DNA of 64,000 nt from Candidatus Altiarchaeota archaeon (GCA_043800255.1 JAZDNF010000009.1:32001-96000), one strand, 5' to 3'; counted from the stretch's first letter, positions 37,275-47,645 are shown. The notes: generated from the sequence alone by a model not told the origin. Translations and numbers: made by a program.

Positions 37275-38532
37275 TAAGGAGGTGTGTGACTTTGCTCAGG
37301 GTTGAGCCTTCCTTGATCTCCTTCCGGATTCGATTTTCTTTTTCCAAAATGTCCATCGCCCTGTTCGCTGTTTCAACAGCCTTTTCCTTGGGGATGACTA
37401 CCACGCCATCCGAGTCGCCTATAATCCAGTCGCCTGGTTTCACTGGGACGCCTGAGACCATGATGGGAACGTCAATCTCCCCCAAACCTCTGGGCTCGCC
37501 GGCTGTCGGAATCATCAACCTAGCGTAAACTGGGAGGCCGAGCTTCTGGATTTCCTCCGTGTCACGGCAGGCGCCGTCTATCACAACACCTGACAGCTTC
37601 TTCTGGACTGCGGACTGCGATGCCAGTTCGCCCCACACTGCCGGGCCGACTCCGCCTGCGTCTATGACGATGACATCGCCCTTCTTCGCAACATCTATGG
37701 CCTCAACAGTCTTCGCCCAGTCGCCGGGATACACTCTGACCGTGACAGCCTCGCCGACCATCTTCCCCTCGGATAGGGGGTAAATCCCTTTCAGCTCGCC
37801 GGACCTGTGCATCGCATCGGATATGTTGGCTGCGGAGACCTTCAGTAGTATTGACCTCACGTCCGTCGACCTTTTGAAGAGCGCGGTCTTCACCCCTCTC
37901 TTGGACAGCATCGCCCTCCTGATGGTTGAAGCAGCCTTCCCAGGGTCCTCTGCTTTGGTGATTGCTCCGCCGACTATTACAATAGAGGCGCCTGACTTTA
38001 CGACGTCGACCACTGTCTCAGAGTTTATGCCGCCGGCGGCTGCTATCTGAACTTGAATCTCCTTCGCAACCTGTCGGACTCTCTCAGCAGCGTCGATGCC
38101 GAGCATCTGCTCGTCTATCGGCGTGTGGACTCCAACGTAGTCTGGATTGAATTTTGCGACCTCCTCCGCCCTTCTGACGTAATCCCTCACGCCTATCAGG
38201 TCGACTATGATCTCGGCGCCGAAGTGCCTGCCGGCGTCTATCGACTCTTTTATTGTCTGGTCTGAGGCGGCGGCGCACACGTTCACTATGTCGGCGCCTG
38301 CCTTCGCTGCCGACTCCACCTCAACCCGGCCGGCGTCCATGATCTTCATGTCAGCGACGATAGTGTGCTTCGGGAATCTCTCCCTCAGCGCTCTGACGAC
38401 GTCAAGGCCTTCAGCCTTTATCAGCGGCGTTCCAGCCTCGATTATGTCAACGTGTTTCGCAGCCTTCTCTGCCACCTTCAATGCCCGGTCAAGGTCGACA
38501 AAATCCAGAGCAAGCTGTAGGCGCGGTTTCAT
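37258..38532 (-). CDS. hxlA: 3-hexulose-6-phosphate synthase fused to RraA/HMG-aldolase-like domain
   Basis: LQLALD, IEAGTPLIK.EG, AD.K.MDAG..E, AGGI, VGGAI; then ISDAM, A.WGEL, DG.CRD, PGD.I.GD.DGV. Confidence 0.88.
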   Translation of the reverse strand: MKPRLQLALDFVDLDRALKVAEKAAKHVDIIEAGTPLIKAEGLDVVRALRERFPKHTIVADMKIMDAGRVEVESAAKAGADIVNVCAAASDQTIKESIDAGRHFGAEIIVDLIGVRDYVRRAEEVAKFNPDYVGVHTPIDEQMLGIDAAERVRQVAKEIQVQIAAAGGINSETVVDVVKSGASIVIVGGAITKAEDPGKAASTIRRAMLSKRGVKTALFKRSTDVRSILLKVSAANISDAMHRSGELKGIYPLSEGKMVGEAVTVRVYPGDWAKTVEAIDVAKKGDVIVIDAGGVGPAVWGELASQSAVQKKLSGVVIDGACRDTEEIQKLGLPVYARLMIPTAGEPRGLGEIDVPIMVSGVPVKPGDWIIGDSDGVVVIPKEKAVETANRAMDILEKENRIRKEIKEGSTLSKVTHLLKWEKK

Positions 38533-38533
38533 C

Positions 38534-38899
38534 TTATAGTAACTTTAGCCTTCCGGTTATCTTATCTATCCTGTCTGAGGGTGCTGGGCCTATCCCAACG
38601 CACGTTTTCGTGCCAGGCTCCACCTGAGTGTGGCCTGCGTCCTCTATCAGCGCGGTCGGAAGCCCCATATCCTTGGCCAATTGGGTCAACTGCAGCAGCT
38701 CCTTCTCGCCCTCGCACTTGAGGACTGACTTTTTCATGCCCTGGTTCACCCACTTGCCCCTGTCAGGGCTCTTGTCTGCGGCAGCCAGCGACGCGTGACT
38801 GACCTGCGCCGCGATCTTACCCTTGCCCATCTTCAAGTCCACTCGGACGACAATCACCTGCTTCAAATCCGCCCCAGCGAGAAAATCCTTCAACCCCAT
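38534..38899 (-). CDS. pth2: Peptidyl-tRNA hydrolase Pth2
   Basis: KQVIVVR.DLKM.KGK.AAQ..HA, DAG.TQ..PGT.T…IGP, L.LL. Confidence 0.95.
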   Translation of the reverse strand: MGLKDFLAGADLKQVIVVRVDLKMGKGKIAAQVSHASLAAADKSPDRGKWVNQGMKKSVLKCEGEKELLQLTQLAKDMGLPTALIEDAGHTQVEPGTKTCVGIGPAPSDRIDKITGRLKLL

Positions 38900-38935
38900 A
38901 ACATAAACTCTTAGAGAAGACAGAATAAAAACAGT

Positions 38936-40222
38936 CTATCTGAGGTAGCCCCACGTGTGGAGTCGGTCGCTGTCTTCAGCCCATCGTTCGCCGATGTCGT
39001 CCCTGAAATACATGTTAGGGAGGAGTATGTTGTTGACCCTGTTGTATGCTCTGGTTCTGGCCTGCTCCATCGTCTGCCCGCATCCGACAACAGTCAATAC
39101 GACGCCGCCGGTTCCTGTGACGACCCATTGGCTGTCGACTTTTTTCACGTCCTCGATGTGGACTCCGTCTGTGTTCGGCCTCTTGAATATGACCACAGCC
39201 TCCTTGGAATGGGTTTCGAAGGCTTCGGTGTCGTCGAACGGGTACGGGGACATCAGGATTCTGACGCCCACCTGGAATCCGCTCCTCACCTTGAACGGGC
39301 CCTTCTCGCCTTTGGCAAGATTGTGCAGGAACTCGCCCATCGGGATTACCATGCCCTCCTGCTGTATGAAGATTGTGGGATAGCCGAAACGGGATGTGAA
39401 CTCCAACGGATAAACGCCGTAGTTGTTGACGATGCAGTTTATGTCAATGTAGCCGACATATTTTTCCTCCTTCAGCTTAGGTTCCATCTTCAGGAGGGTG
39501 GAATTGAAGAGCGTGTTAGGGTCGCTCCAGAACATGCTCGTCCCCATCTCCCCTGTCGACGGTCCGATGTTACCCGGGAACAGCTTCTTGTGCTCGAAGT
39601 TCACGTTGATGGGGTGGATGAACTCGCTACCGTTGAAGAATGCGCCGACCGCGACCTCGACGCCGCTTATCCTCTTCTGGAGCTGGAACTCCTGGATCCT
39701 GCCGGACCACAGGCTCTTATAATGCTCGAGAACCTGTATGACGTCGCGCCCTGTGTCCTCCTCTCCCACGAACAGGAGCTGCTTCCTGTTCTGCGCCTCG
39801 CCGCTCGGCTTTATCACGTACTTGTTAGGGTTCTCATGGACGAACTGTATCGCCTCGTCGAATGATGTGAAGTTCTTTTGAGGTATTATGGACACGCCTG
39901 CCTTTTTCAGCTCCTCCTGGCCGAACGCCCTGTCATCCTCGAGCTTGTCGGTGTAGGGCGTTCCGCCGACGACGAGCTTGCCCTCGTCCCTCAGCTTCTT
40001 GGCCTTCTCGCCCTGGCCTAAGACGTCGTCGAATACTATGACATCGGCCCAGTCGACCTCGGCATTCCAGTCGTCAGTCTTGGGGACGAACCCGTCGGCA
40101 ATCTCCTTCTGGGTTTTATCGTCTATGTAGTATTTTACGTCATGGCCTTCCTTCAGGACCTGCCAGGCGGTGTCGCCTATCAGGGCGTCAAGCGAGACAA
40201 AAAGGAATTTCTTAGGCTCCAT
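38936..40222 (-). CDS. Phosphoribosylamine--glycine ligase-like ATP-grasp protein (divergent PurD type)
   Basis: LE.DR.F, VIKP.G, EHKKL..G..GP.TGEMG, EFT.RFG.P, GG.VL, FR.DIG. Start taken at MEPKK 40222. Confidence 0.8.
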   Translation of the reverse strand: MEPKKFLFVSLDALIGDTAWQVLKEGHDVKYYIDDKTQKEIADGFVPKTDDWNAEVDWADVIVFDDVLGQGEKAKKLRDEGKLVVGGTPYTDKLEDDRAFGQEELKKAGVSIIPQKNFTSFDEAIQFVHENPNKYVIKPSGEAQNRKQLLFVGEEDTGRDVIQVLEHYKSLWSGRIQEFQLQKRISGVEVAVGAFFNGSEFIHPINVNFEHKKLFPGNIGPSTGEMGTSMFWSDPNTLFNSTLLKMEPKLKEEKYVGYIDINCIVNNYGVYPLEFTSRFGYPTIFIQQEGMVIPMGEFLHNLAKGEKGPFKVRSGFQVGVRILMSPYPFDDTEAFETHSKEAVVIFKRPNTDGVHIEDVKKVDSQWVVTGTGGVVLTVVGCGQTMEQARTRAYNRVNNILLPNMYFRDDIGERWAEDSDRLHTWGYLR

Positions 40223-40332
40223 CAAAAGCAGTCGACCCCAGTTGAAACAATCTCCACCATGTTTTATCATTAATCAATGTGTCGAAGCTAAATAAAAACA
40301 TTTTTATCCTGCCTGTGTTAATATAGTAGAGT

Positions 40333-41361
40333 ATGGCTAAGCTTTTCTGGGTGCGAGCTGACCAGGACCAGCCCTGGGAGAAGAGGAAGAAGCTGGTGAC
40401 GACAGCCCTGGAGTCCGGAGCTGACGCCGTTATGGTGAAGCCCGGCGAGGTCGAGACTGTGAAAGGCCTGGGACTGATTCATGTCATCTCAAACGACAGG
40501 AGTGCGGACATCAGGCTGGCGAAGGACGCATGCTACAAGGAGATTCACAACAAGGAGGATGAGCAGGATATCGTGAAACTTGGTAAAAACTCCAGGTACG
40601 TCATAGTGAACGCCAGGAACTGGAAGATAATCCCGTTGGAGAACATCATCGCAGCGCTGCGAGGCAAATGCAAAATCATCGTCGAGGTCGCTAACGCGAA
40701 AGAGGCTAAGGTCGCGTTGGAGACCCTTGAGGTGGGAGCGGACGGCGTCCTCGTCAACGCCGGTTTCTCTGAGATAAAAGGCGTTAAAACAATAATAGAT
40801 GAGATGGCAACCGAGAAGCTTACCCTCGTCCCGGCCAGGATAACCAGGATAGAGCCTGCAGGCATGGGAGACCGCGTCTGCGTTGACACCACAAGCATGC
40901 TCAATGTCGGAGAGGGCATGCTCGTCGGCTCCCAGTCAAACGGCATGTTCCTCGTGCACTCCGAGAGCATAGAGACGGAGTATGTGGCAAGCAGGCCGTT
41001 CAGGGTGAATGCAGGAGCAGTGCACGCTTACGTGAGGATGCCTGAGGGCAGAACATCATACCTGAGCGAGCTCAAAGCAGGCAGCGACATTCTAGCAGTC
41101 GACTGGAAAGGCAGGACTAGGAAGGTCACGGTAGGACGCTCGAAGATAGAGAAGAGGCCGCTGATACTGGTCGAAGCCAAAGCAGAGAAGAGGAGCATAA
41201 GCACGATGCTCCAGAATGCTGAGACGATACTGCTTGTGGACAAAACGGGCAAACCTGTTTCAATCTCAAGGCTGAAGAAAGACGACGAAGTCCTGGCCTA
41301 CGTAGAAGATGCCGGCAGGCACTTCGGGATGAAGGTCAAGGAGAGCATAGAGGAGAAATGA
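40333..41361 (+). CDS. aroB': 3-dehydroquinate synthase II (archaeal)
   Basis: W.IIPLEN.IA, GDRVCVDT, LVHSE…YVASRPFRVNAGAVH.Y, LQNAET, RHFG. Confidence 0.93.
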   Translation: MAKLFWVRADQDQPWEKRKKLVTTALESGADAVMVKPGEVETVKGLGLIHVISNDRSADIRLAKDACYKEIHNKEDEQDIVKLGKNSRYVIVNARNWKIIPLENIIAALRGKCKIIVEVANAKEAKVALETLEVGADGVLVNAGFSEIKGVKTIIDEMATEKLTLVPARITRIEPAGMGDRVCVDTTSMLNVGEGMLVGSQSNGMFLVHSESIETEYVASRPFRVNAGAVHAYVRMPEGRTSYLSELKAGSDILAVDWKGRTRKVTVGRSKIEKRPLILVEAKAEKRSISTMLQNAETILLVDKTGKPVSISRLKKDDEVLAYVEDAGRHFGMKVKESIEEK

Positions 41362-42320
41362 CCAAACTTGAGAGGGTCTCTGACATCATGATCAGGGACG
41401 TTAAGACAACATCAGGAGATTCCGCAGTAGTGGACGCCGCCAGGATGATGACAGATGAGGGCATAAGCTCTGTCGTGGTTGTCGAGAAGGGCAAACTGGC
41501 TGGAATACTGACCGAGAAGGACCTTGCGACAAAGGTTGTGGCCCTCGGGAAAACGCCATCCAAGGTCAAGGTGAAAGACGTTATGAGCTCTCCAGTGCTG
41601 TCCGCCAGCCCGGAGACGAGCATACTCGAGGCTGCGAAGCTTTTGGACAGGAAAGGCTACAAGAAGCTGCCGATAGTCTCCGATGGAAAGCTCATTGGCA
41701 TAGTGACCGAGACAGACCTGGCTCACGCGCTCAGATCAAAGGTCATTGAGATATCACCGGCAACTGAGAAGGGCGTGAAACCATCCAAATCTATCTGCGA
41801 ACTCTCTCCTGGGATGTCTTATCTCATAAAGGAGCCGAAATCTGAGAGGAGCTTTGACGTATTCACAAACTGCCTTTCGCATGGTGTGCCAGGCCTCGTC
41901 TTCACGAGGACGCATCCGAAGAGGGTCAGGGAAACGTACGGGCTGAAGGACACGCCCGTATTGTGGCTTACGAACCTGACCAGCGAGGAGCGTTCGATAT
42001 CGCCTTACAGTTTCAGCGAGCTCTCGATACTGGTCAGCAAATTCCTGAAGGAGGTTGACAAGTGCGTCATACTGTTGGACGGCCTCGAGTATCTGATAAC
42101 CCATAACAGCTACAATCAGACTCTCAAGCTGATACAGAACCTCAGGGACAAGGTGTCAGCCACGAACTCCCACCTGGTGATCTCCGTTGACGACAGGACG
42201 CTGAGCGACCAGCAGATCAAGCTGCTGGAGCAGGAGATGGACGTCATACTCTCCGAGCTGAAGACTGAGGAAGAGAAACTCGAATCCCTCAGGGATGAAC
42301 TGAAGGGGTTAGATAGGTAA
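41358..42320 (+). CDS. CBS-pair plus DUF835 fusion protein
   Basis: Two CBS repeats (GILTEKD, GIVTETD), then GL.FTR.HP, LWLT, LLDGLEYL..HN. Confidence 0.85.
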   Translation: MTKLERVSDIMIRDVKTTSGDSAVVDAARMMTDEGISSVVVVEKGKLAGILTEKDLATKVVALGKTPSKVKVKDVMSSPVLSASPETSILEAAKLLDRKGYKKLPIVSDGKLIGIVTETDLAHALRSKVIEISPATEKGVKPSKSICELSPGMSYLIKEPKSERSFDVFTNCLSHGVPGLVFTRTHPKRVRETYGLKDTPVLWLTNLTSEERSISPYSFSELSILVSKFLKEVDKCVILLDGLEYLITHNSYNQTLKLIQNLRDKVSATNSHLVISVDDRTLSDQQIKLLEQEMDVILSELKTEEEKLESLRDELKGLDR

Positions 42321-43052
42321 GTCCTCAAGCGACGCTCTCAGAACGCCGCGGATGTCCTCCCCCCCTGACGTGAGATTGTACATTGGCACTGACGTTTTCG
42401 AGGCTGCTTCCTCTATCAGCCGTTTGCCGATTGCCAGTTTTTTCAATTTCTTCTCCAGCACGTATCTCCCCGAGTATCTGCCAACCCTCTGACCGAAGTC
42501 CATCCCAGCCAGCAGTATCAGCTTGGGCTTGTAGTATAATGCGATGCGGACAGCCCTGTCGCCGTCGGTGAAGCCGCCGTAGTTCAGAATCTTCTCCGTG
42601 GGCTCCACCTGCGTCGAGCCCATGACAGTCCCGACGAGTTTGGGTATGACATCCCCGAGGAGACCGATGTTGTCTCCGTGGGCGTGGACTACGGTGAGAG
42701 TGCCCATCCGGTTCGCCTTCAGTATTGCGTCGATGTCACCGTCCAAATCAGTAACGTTGACGTGAACTGGAACTCTGCTCTCAAGCAGCGCCTTCACGGA
42801 ACCGTCGGCTGCTATCACGACAGTATCATCAAAAATGTGTGAGTACTTCAGCTTCCTGATGTCCTCCACGAGGGATGGGCCGCAGCCGAAGACCAGAACA
42901 GCCTTATCGCATATCAGACTCTTCAGAACCCTCCTATGATGTCCCTCCAACAGGGAATCCAGGATATCCCTGGCCCGCTCATCCCTGCCCCGATTCAAAC
43001 CCAACAAACCAGCGATGTCTGGATAATCCATCTTAAAACTATTGTCTTGCAT
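42309..43052 (-). CDS. mptE: 6-hydroxymethyl-7,8-dihydropterin pyrophosphokinase (MptE/DUF115)
   Basis: G.GPSL, AADG, TDLDG, HAHGDN, GGFTDGDRA, GMDF. Confidence 0.9.
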   Translation of the reverse strand: MQDNSFKMDYPDIAGLLGLNRGRDERARDILDSLLEGHHRRVLKSLICDKAVLVFGCGPSLVEDIRKLKYSHIFDDTVVIAADGSVKALLESRVPVHVNVTDLDGDIDAILKANRMGTLTVVHAHGDNIGLLGDVIPKLVGTVMGSTQVEPTEKILNYGGFTDGDRAVRIALYYKPKLILLAGMDFGQRVGRYSGRYVLEKKLKKLAIGKRLIEEAASKTSVPMYNLTSGGEDIRGVLRASLEDLPI

Positions 43053-43063
43053 ATTATAATGTC

Positions 43064-43756
43064 ATGTTTAAGCCGCATGGGGACAAGCATTTCATGGTGG
43101 ATGAGGCGCTTCTGGATAGGTTGGCAGGCTATGCCAATCTCGCAGATGATGATGTTGTCCTGGAGGTCGGCCCCGGCACAGGCAACCTGACAGGGCATCT
43201 GGTTGGGAGGTGCAGTCAGGTGATAGCTGTGGAGAAGGACAGGACCCTGTCCAGGAGTCTGGCGAAAAAGTTCGGAAACAGGATAAAATTGCTTGAGGGT
43301 GATGTCCTGAAGATGAGACTGCCGGAGTTCGACAAGTGCGTGTCGAATCTGCCGTACAGCATATCAAGGAAGTTCATGGTGAAGCTCCTGACCTTGGACT
43401 TCGAGGCTGCAGTCCTGGTCGTCCAGTCGGAGTTCGCGGATAAATTGAATGCGAAACCAGGAAATGACAACTACAGAATGATAAGCGCGCTGGCGCAGTC
43501 AACCGCTGAGATAGAGATTCTGGAGAGAATCCCGCAGGAAGCCTTCGACCCGAAACCGAACGTGACCTCGACAGCAGTCAGGATAAGACCGAAACGCAGA
43601 GCCGGACAGGAGTACATAAACTTCCTCAACAACCTCTTCAACCACAAGAACAAAAAACTGAGGAATATAATGGACGGTTTAAGCGAGAGCGTGGGCGAGA
43701 AACGGCCGGTAGAACTTGAGCCAGAAGAACTAGTTTCTATTTATGAGAGCCTATGA
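43064..43756 (+). CDS. rsmA: 16S rRNA adenine dimethyltransferase
   Basis: HF..D, LEVGPG.G.LT, SNLPY.IS, Q.EFA, F.P.P.V.S. Confidence 0.93.
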   Translation: MFKPHGDKHFMVDEALLDRLAGYANLADDDVVLEVGPGTGNLTGHLVGRCSQVIAVEKDRTLSRSLAKKFGNRIKLLEGDVLKMRLPEFDKCVSNLPYSISRKFMVKLLTLDFEAAVLVVQSEFADKLNAKPGNDNYRMISALAQSTAEIEILERIPQEAFDPKPNVTSTAVRIRPKRRAGQEYINFLNNLFNHKNKKLRNIMDGLSESVGEKRPVELEPEELVSIYESL

Positions 43757-45553
43757 GCCGCGCATGCTATCCCACTCTTGGGTGAGGCTCGTCTCCTGCC
43801 TCAAAAGGTCCGTCTGCGCCTTCTGCCGGTCTAACGCCAACTGCTCCATCCTCTTGCTGTGCTCTCCCTCGTTTATCTGACCCTGCCTCCTGGCCTGCTC
43901 CAGCTTCTCCCGCTCCTCCACAACCTGCCTCTCCATCTGCAGGGTCTCGGTCTGCCACTTGGTCTGCTTCTTAAGCCACGCGTTCCACTCCTCAGGGTCG
44001 ACTGCCATCTCCTCCGCAGCAGAAGCCATCTTCTTCACCAGCCGGGGCTTTTCCACAGCATCAATCTGATGCGACAGCTGAGGAGCTTTCGCTCCAACGA
44101 TGTTGGCAATGTTGATCGCCTTATGATAGTATCCCTTCTGCTCGAATCCCTTCATAGCATCCATCAGGTTGCTGACTCCAATCCGGACCTTAACTGCATC
44201 ATTTGAGTCTATCAATTTCTCGGCATCGTCAACAGTCTTCTGAAGCTCTGCGCCATAAGCCGTTTCCCTGGCTTCTGTCATCTTCTGGGGAGTCATCTCC
44301 TCAGGGGACTTCTGCTCGTCCTTCACGGCTTTTATCGCTTCGTCGACGACCTTCTTCTCGCCTTCAGTCAGAGCTTCGCCCTGCTTCTTCTTGAACAGTT
44401 GCTTTTTAGCAATATCCTCGATGATTCCAGGCATAGCCTCCTGCTCGTAAGCCTTTCCAACAGCATCCGCAGCCTTCAGGTTTATCCTGGCCTGGATCTC
44501 CTTTATCCTGTCCGCTATGGTGACAGCAGGCTTGGCTGCCTCGACCGTTTTCTGTTCAGGTGCCGGAGGCTCGGCAGAAGTCTTCCCTGTCATGCCGCCT
44601 GCGACGGTAGCGGCAATTATAGTAGCGGCGGCAGCGACGCCCAACTTCCCGGCCAGCCTGCCTCTGCCTGGCTTTTCTTCGGATGCCTTCTTGTGGAGTT
44701 CGGGCGGCACTTCCATGATTGGAACAGACTCGGAAACCGCTCTCCTGTCCGTTTGCCCCGTCCTCTCGACTTCAAGGACTTTCGTTTTGACTCCGAGCTG
44801 CTTGGCCCACCCTCCGAGGACTGCCCTCTCATCGTCTGTGTAGAATATTCCTCCCTCATCCCCCTTTCTGTTGAGCTCGTCAACCGCCTTGCTGCTGTAG
44901 TCCAAGGACTTGTCCTTCTTCCCGAACTGGTACTCGAAGACTGAATGGTTATGCCATAGGAGGGCGTTGCTCTTGAAATTTGATGTGGCCTCATGATGCA
45001 GGTCGCTGATATTCTTGATCTCATCTTCGCCTAACGTCCCCTTCTCCTTGACGATGTCCCTCGTCAGCGCGTAGGCGAGCTGTCCTGAAGCGACGCCGTG
45101 CAGGCGTTCATTCCCCCCGGAGAGGTCGTATGCGGATTTGGCATAGCCTATCGCGTCACTGAAGTTACCGCCCTTAGAAGAGACTACGGAGAGTATATGA
45201 AGACCCTGCGCCTTAGAGTGCGTTACATCCTGGCTCGCGCCCTCACGGTTAGCAAGTGATGCACCCAGATTCCAAGCCTCCTCAAGGAGTCTGGCCCTCT
45301 CATCGCCCTTGACAGACTTGGCGGTTTCGAACAGCGATCGAGCATATAAGTTAGAGTACCTGTACCGCTCTTGCTCGCTCATCGAGTCAACGCTCTCTGA
45401 CATGCCCCGGAAGTGGTCTAAAGCGCCTAGGAAGTCCTGGCTGGCAAGAAGTTTCCTGCCCTCAAGGATGCCGCTCCGGGTATCAGCTCCTCTGACCGCG
45501 TCACTGGTTTGGTCTTCGGCAGGCCTTTGGCGTCTAATCTTCTGCTCGGGCAT
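43751..45553 (-). CDS. Hypothetical protein: TPR-like N-half, central TM helix, coiled-coil C-half
   Basis: 600-aa ORF with helical repeats, hydrophobic LGVAAAATIIAATVAGG and Q/E-rich tail. Confidence 0.65.
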   Translation of the reverse strand: MPEQKIRRQRPAEDQTSDAVRGADTRSGILEGRKLLASQDFLGALDHFRGMSESVDSMSEQERYRYSNLYARSLFETAKSVKGDERARLLEEAWNLGASLANREGASQDVTHSKAQGLHILSVVSSKGGNFSDAIGYAKSAYDLSGGNERLHGVASGQLAYALTRDIVKEKGTLGEDEIKNISDLHHEATSNFKSNALLWHNHSVFEYQFGKKDKSLDYSSKAVDELNRKGDEGGIFYTDDERAVLGGWAKQLGVKTKVLEVERTGQTDRRAVSESVPIMEVPPELHKKASEEKPGRGRLAGKLGVAAAATIIAATVAGGMTGKTSAEPPAPEQKTVEAAKPAVTIADRIKEIQARINLKAADAVGKAYEQEAMPGIIEDIAKKQLFKKKQGEALTEGEKKVVDEAIKAVKDEQKSPEEMTPQKMTEARETAYGAELQKTVDDAEKLIDSNDAVKVRIGVSNLMDAMKGFEQKGYYHKAINIANIVGAKAPQLSHQIDAVEKPRLVKKMASAAEEMAVDPEEWNAWLKKQTKWQTETLQMERQVVEEREKLEQARRQGQINEGEHSKRMEQLALDRQKAQTDLLRQETSLTQEWDSMRGS

Positions 45554-45597
45554 TTTGAATATTGTACGATTTTAGGGAGTACTAGATTAAATACTTG

Positions 45598-45618
45598 AAA
45601 AAAAGGCTGCGAACGCCT
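45598..45618 (-). terminator. Short hairpin plus T-tract at the end of ORF 45617-45916
   Basis: Minus strand AGGC-GTTCGCA-GCCT followed by a T run. Confidence 0.4.
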
Positions 45619-45916
45619 AATAATCCCGCCCTTTAAGGTTCACAGTCCGGTATTTTTTCACGGACCTTATCTTAGGCCTCGTCATCTTCCTGCTCCCAAT
45701 GCGCTTCCTCTCGCCGCGGGTCATGCCCTCCCGCCTCTGTCTCATCAGTTCCCGCTTATGGGAAGGGCCGCCCCCAGTCCGGTGGGATTCGACAATCCTG
45801 AAATACACTCCCAACGGGTCAATGAACAGGTCATACTTGGAGTCACAGCCGAGAAAATGAGCCAAATGCTTTATTATCTCCTCAGACGTTTGGTTCCTGA
45901 AGAACTTGCCGCTCAT
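45617..45916 (-). CDS. Small basic hypothetical protein
   Basis: 99-aa Arg/Lys-rich ORF filling the gap, with upstream AT-rich box; no family recognised. Confidence 0.4.
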   Translation of the reverse strand: MSGKFFRNQTSEEIIKHLAHFLGCDSKYDLFIDPLGVYFRIVESHRTGGGPSHKRELMRQRREGMTRGERKRIGSRKMTRPKIRSVKKYRTVNLKGRDY

Positions 45917-45970
45917 GTTAATAACAGAGGCCTCCCTATTTATTTAGGCAGATGTAATTTGTAAGGCACT

Positions 45971-46858
45971 ATGGTTAAGAAGGTTGGAACTGACTTGTTG
46001 AAGAAGGGTTTCGCTAAGATGGTCAAGGGCGGCGTGGTGATGGACGTCACCAACGCCGAGCAGGCTATCATCGCCGAGGATGCCGGAGCCGTTGCAGTGA
46101 TGGCGTTGGAGAGGGTGCCTGCAGACATCAGGGCAGTAGGCGGAGTTGCGAGGATGGCCGACCCGCAGAAGATACTCGAGATAATGGATGCTGTCACCAT
46201 CCCAGTCATGGCGAAGGTGAGGATAGGGCATTTCGTCGAGGCTCAGATAATCGAAGCCCTGGGAGTCGACATGATAGACGAATCAGAAGTCCTCACGCCG
46301 GCTGACGAGTACAATCACATCGACAAGACCAAATTCAAGATACCGTTCGTCTGCGGGGCAAGAGACCTGGGAGAGGCTCTCAGGAGGATATCGGAGGGAG
46401 CTGCCATGATACGGACCAAGGGCGAAGCAGGCACAGGCAACATCGTCGAGGCGGTGAGGCACATGAGAGCAGTCCAGGGAGAGATAAGGAAGATAGTAGG
46501 CATGAGCGACGACGAGATATACAAGGAGGCCAAGGACCTGCAGGCTCCAGTTGACCTGGTCTTCAAGGTGAGGGAGATGAAGAGGCTGCCTGTCGTGAAC
46601 TTCTCAGCTGGGGGGATAGCGACGCCAGCCGACGCCGCGCTGATGATGCAGCTCGGAGCCGACGGCAACTTCGTAGGCTCAGGCATCTTCAAGTCAAAAG
46701 ACCCTGAGGCTAGGGCGAAGGCGATAGTCAGCGCGACAATGCACTACGACGACCCTAAGATACTCGCAAAAGTCTCGAAAGGGCTGTCAGAGCCTATGAA
46801 GGGCATAGACATGAAAGAGCTCAGCGAGGCTGAGAGGCTCCAGACCAGAGGAGTTTGA
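45971..46858 (+). CDS. pdxS: Pyridoxal 5'-phosphate synthase lyase subunit
   Basis: [56 protein letters not shown]. Confidence 0.97.
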   Translation: MVKKVGTDLLKKGFAKMVKGGVVMDVTNAEQAIIAEDAGAVAVMALERVPADIRAVGGVARMADPQKILEIMDAVTIPVMAKVRIGHFVEAQIIEALGVDMIDESEVLTPADEYNHIDKTKFKIPFVCGARDLGEALRRISEGAAMIRTKGEAGTGNIVEAVRHMRAVQGEIRKIVGMSDDEIYKEAKDLQAPVDLVFKVREMKRLPVVNFSAGGIATPADAALMMQLGADGNFVGSGIFKSKDPEARAKAIVSATMHYDDPKILAKVSKGLSEPMKGIDMKELSEAERLQTRGV

Positions 46859-46859
46859 G

Positions 46860-47645
46860 ATGCATGCGAATGACATCGTAGAAGAGGAGATTCTGACCGT
46901 CAGCCCTGAGGATAATCCGGTTGACGTCGGGAACCGGATGCTGGAGAAGAGGATTTCTAACGCCGCAGTGATGGAAGACGGCAAGCTTATTGGACTGGTC
47001 AGCAAGGTCACTTTCGTCCTCAGCCTGGAGCAGATAGGGCAGAAGCCGCTTGAGGAGTTCAAAGTCAGGGACCTGATGGAGAAAAAGTACAGATGGATCG
47101 AGGCTGACGCCACCCTCGAGGAGGTTGTCGGACGAATGATGGAGATGCCGTCCAGGATGGACAGGATTCTCGTCATGGACGAGGGAAGACTGCGGGGAAC
47201 GATACCGAAGGCGAACATCGTCAGACTCTTCGCCAGGGACTGCAGGAAGAGGTTCAAAGTCAAAGACCTGATGGAATACAAGCCCTCAGTGGTTTACGAC
47301 TATGTCACGATACCGAAGCTGATAAAGGAGCTGACCATGTCAAGCGACAAGAAGCTCATAGTCTGCTCCGGTGAAATGGTTGCCGGCATAATAACGGTGC
47401 TCGACCTCGCTGAGAAGATATTCAAGAAGATGAGGGCGGGGGAGGACTACAAAGAGCTCACCGCCGCCGACATGATGACAAAAGACCCCATAACAATATC
47501 AAGCCGCGAGGACTCCGCGAAGGCCGCTGACATAATGCTCAAGGAGAGCATCGGGGGGCTGCCAGCAGTCGACAAGAAGCTCGAAGGCATCATAACAAAA
47601 TCCGACATAGTGAAAGGCTACCAGATCGTGCTGCAGAAGATTTAA
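46860..47645 (+). CDS. Four-CBS-domain protein
   Basis: Repeated G.L.G…..D CBS units (GIITVLD, GIITKSD). Confidence 0.85.
   Translation: MHANDIVEEEILTVSPEDNPVDVGNRMLEKRISNAAVMEDGKLIGLVSKVTFVLSLEQIGQKPLEEFKVRDLMEKKYRWIEADATLEEVVGRMMEMPSRMDRILVMDEGRLRGTIPKANIVRLFARDCRKRFKVKDLMEYKPSVVYDYVTIPKLIKELTMSSDKKLIVCSGEMVAGIITVLDLAEKIFKKMRAGEDYKELTAADMMTKDPITISSREDSAKAADIMLKESIGGLPAVDKKLEGIITKSDIVKGYQIVLQKI

Noticed and set aside
40241-40248. GTTGAAAC resembling a CRISPR repeat end
   Set aside because: Single occurrence, no spaced repeats, no cas genes.
45621-45638. AATCCCGCCCTTTAAGG resembling an IS200/IS605 right end
   Set aside because: No complementary arm for the hairpin and no tnpA/tnpB; it lies within the end of an ORF.
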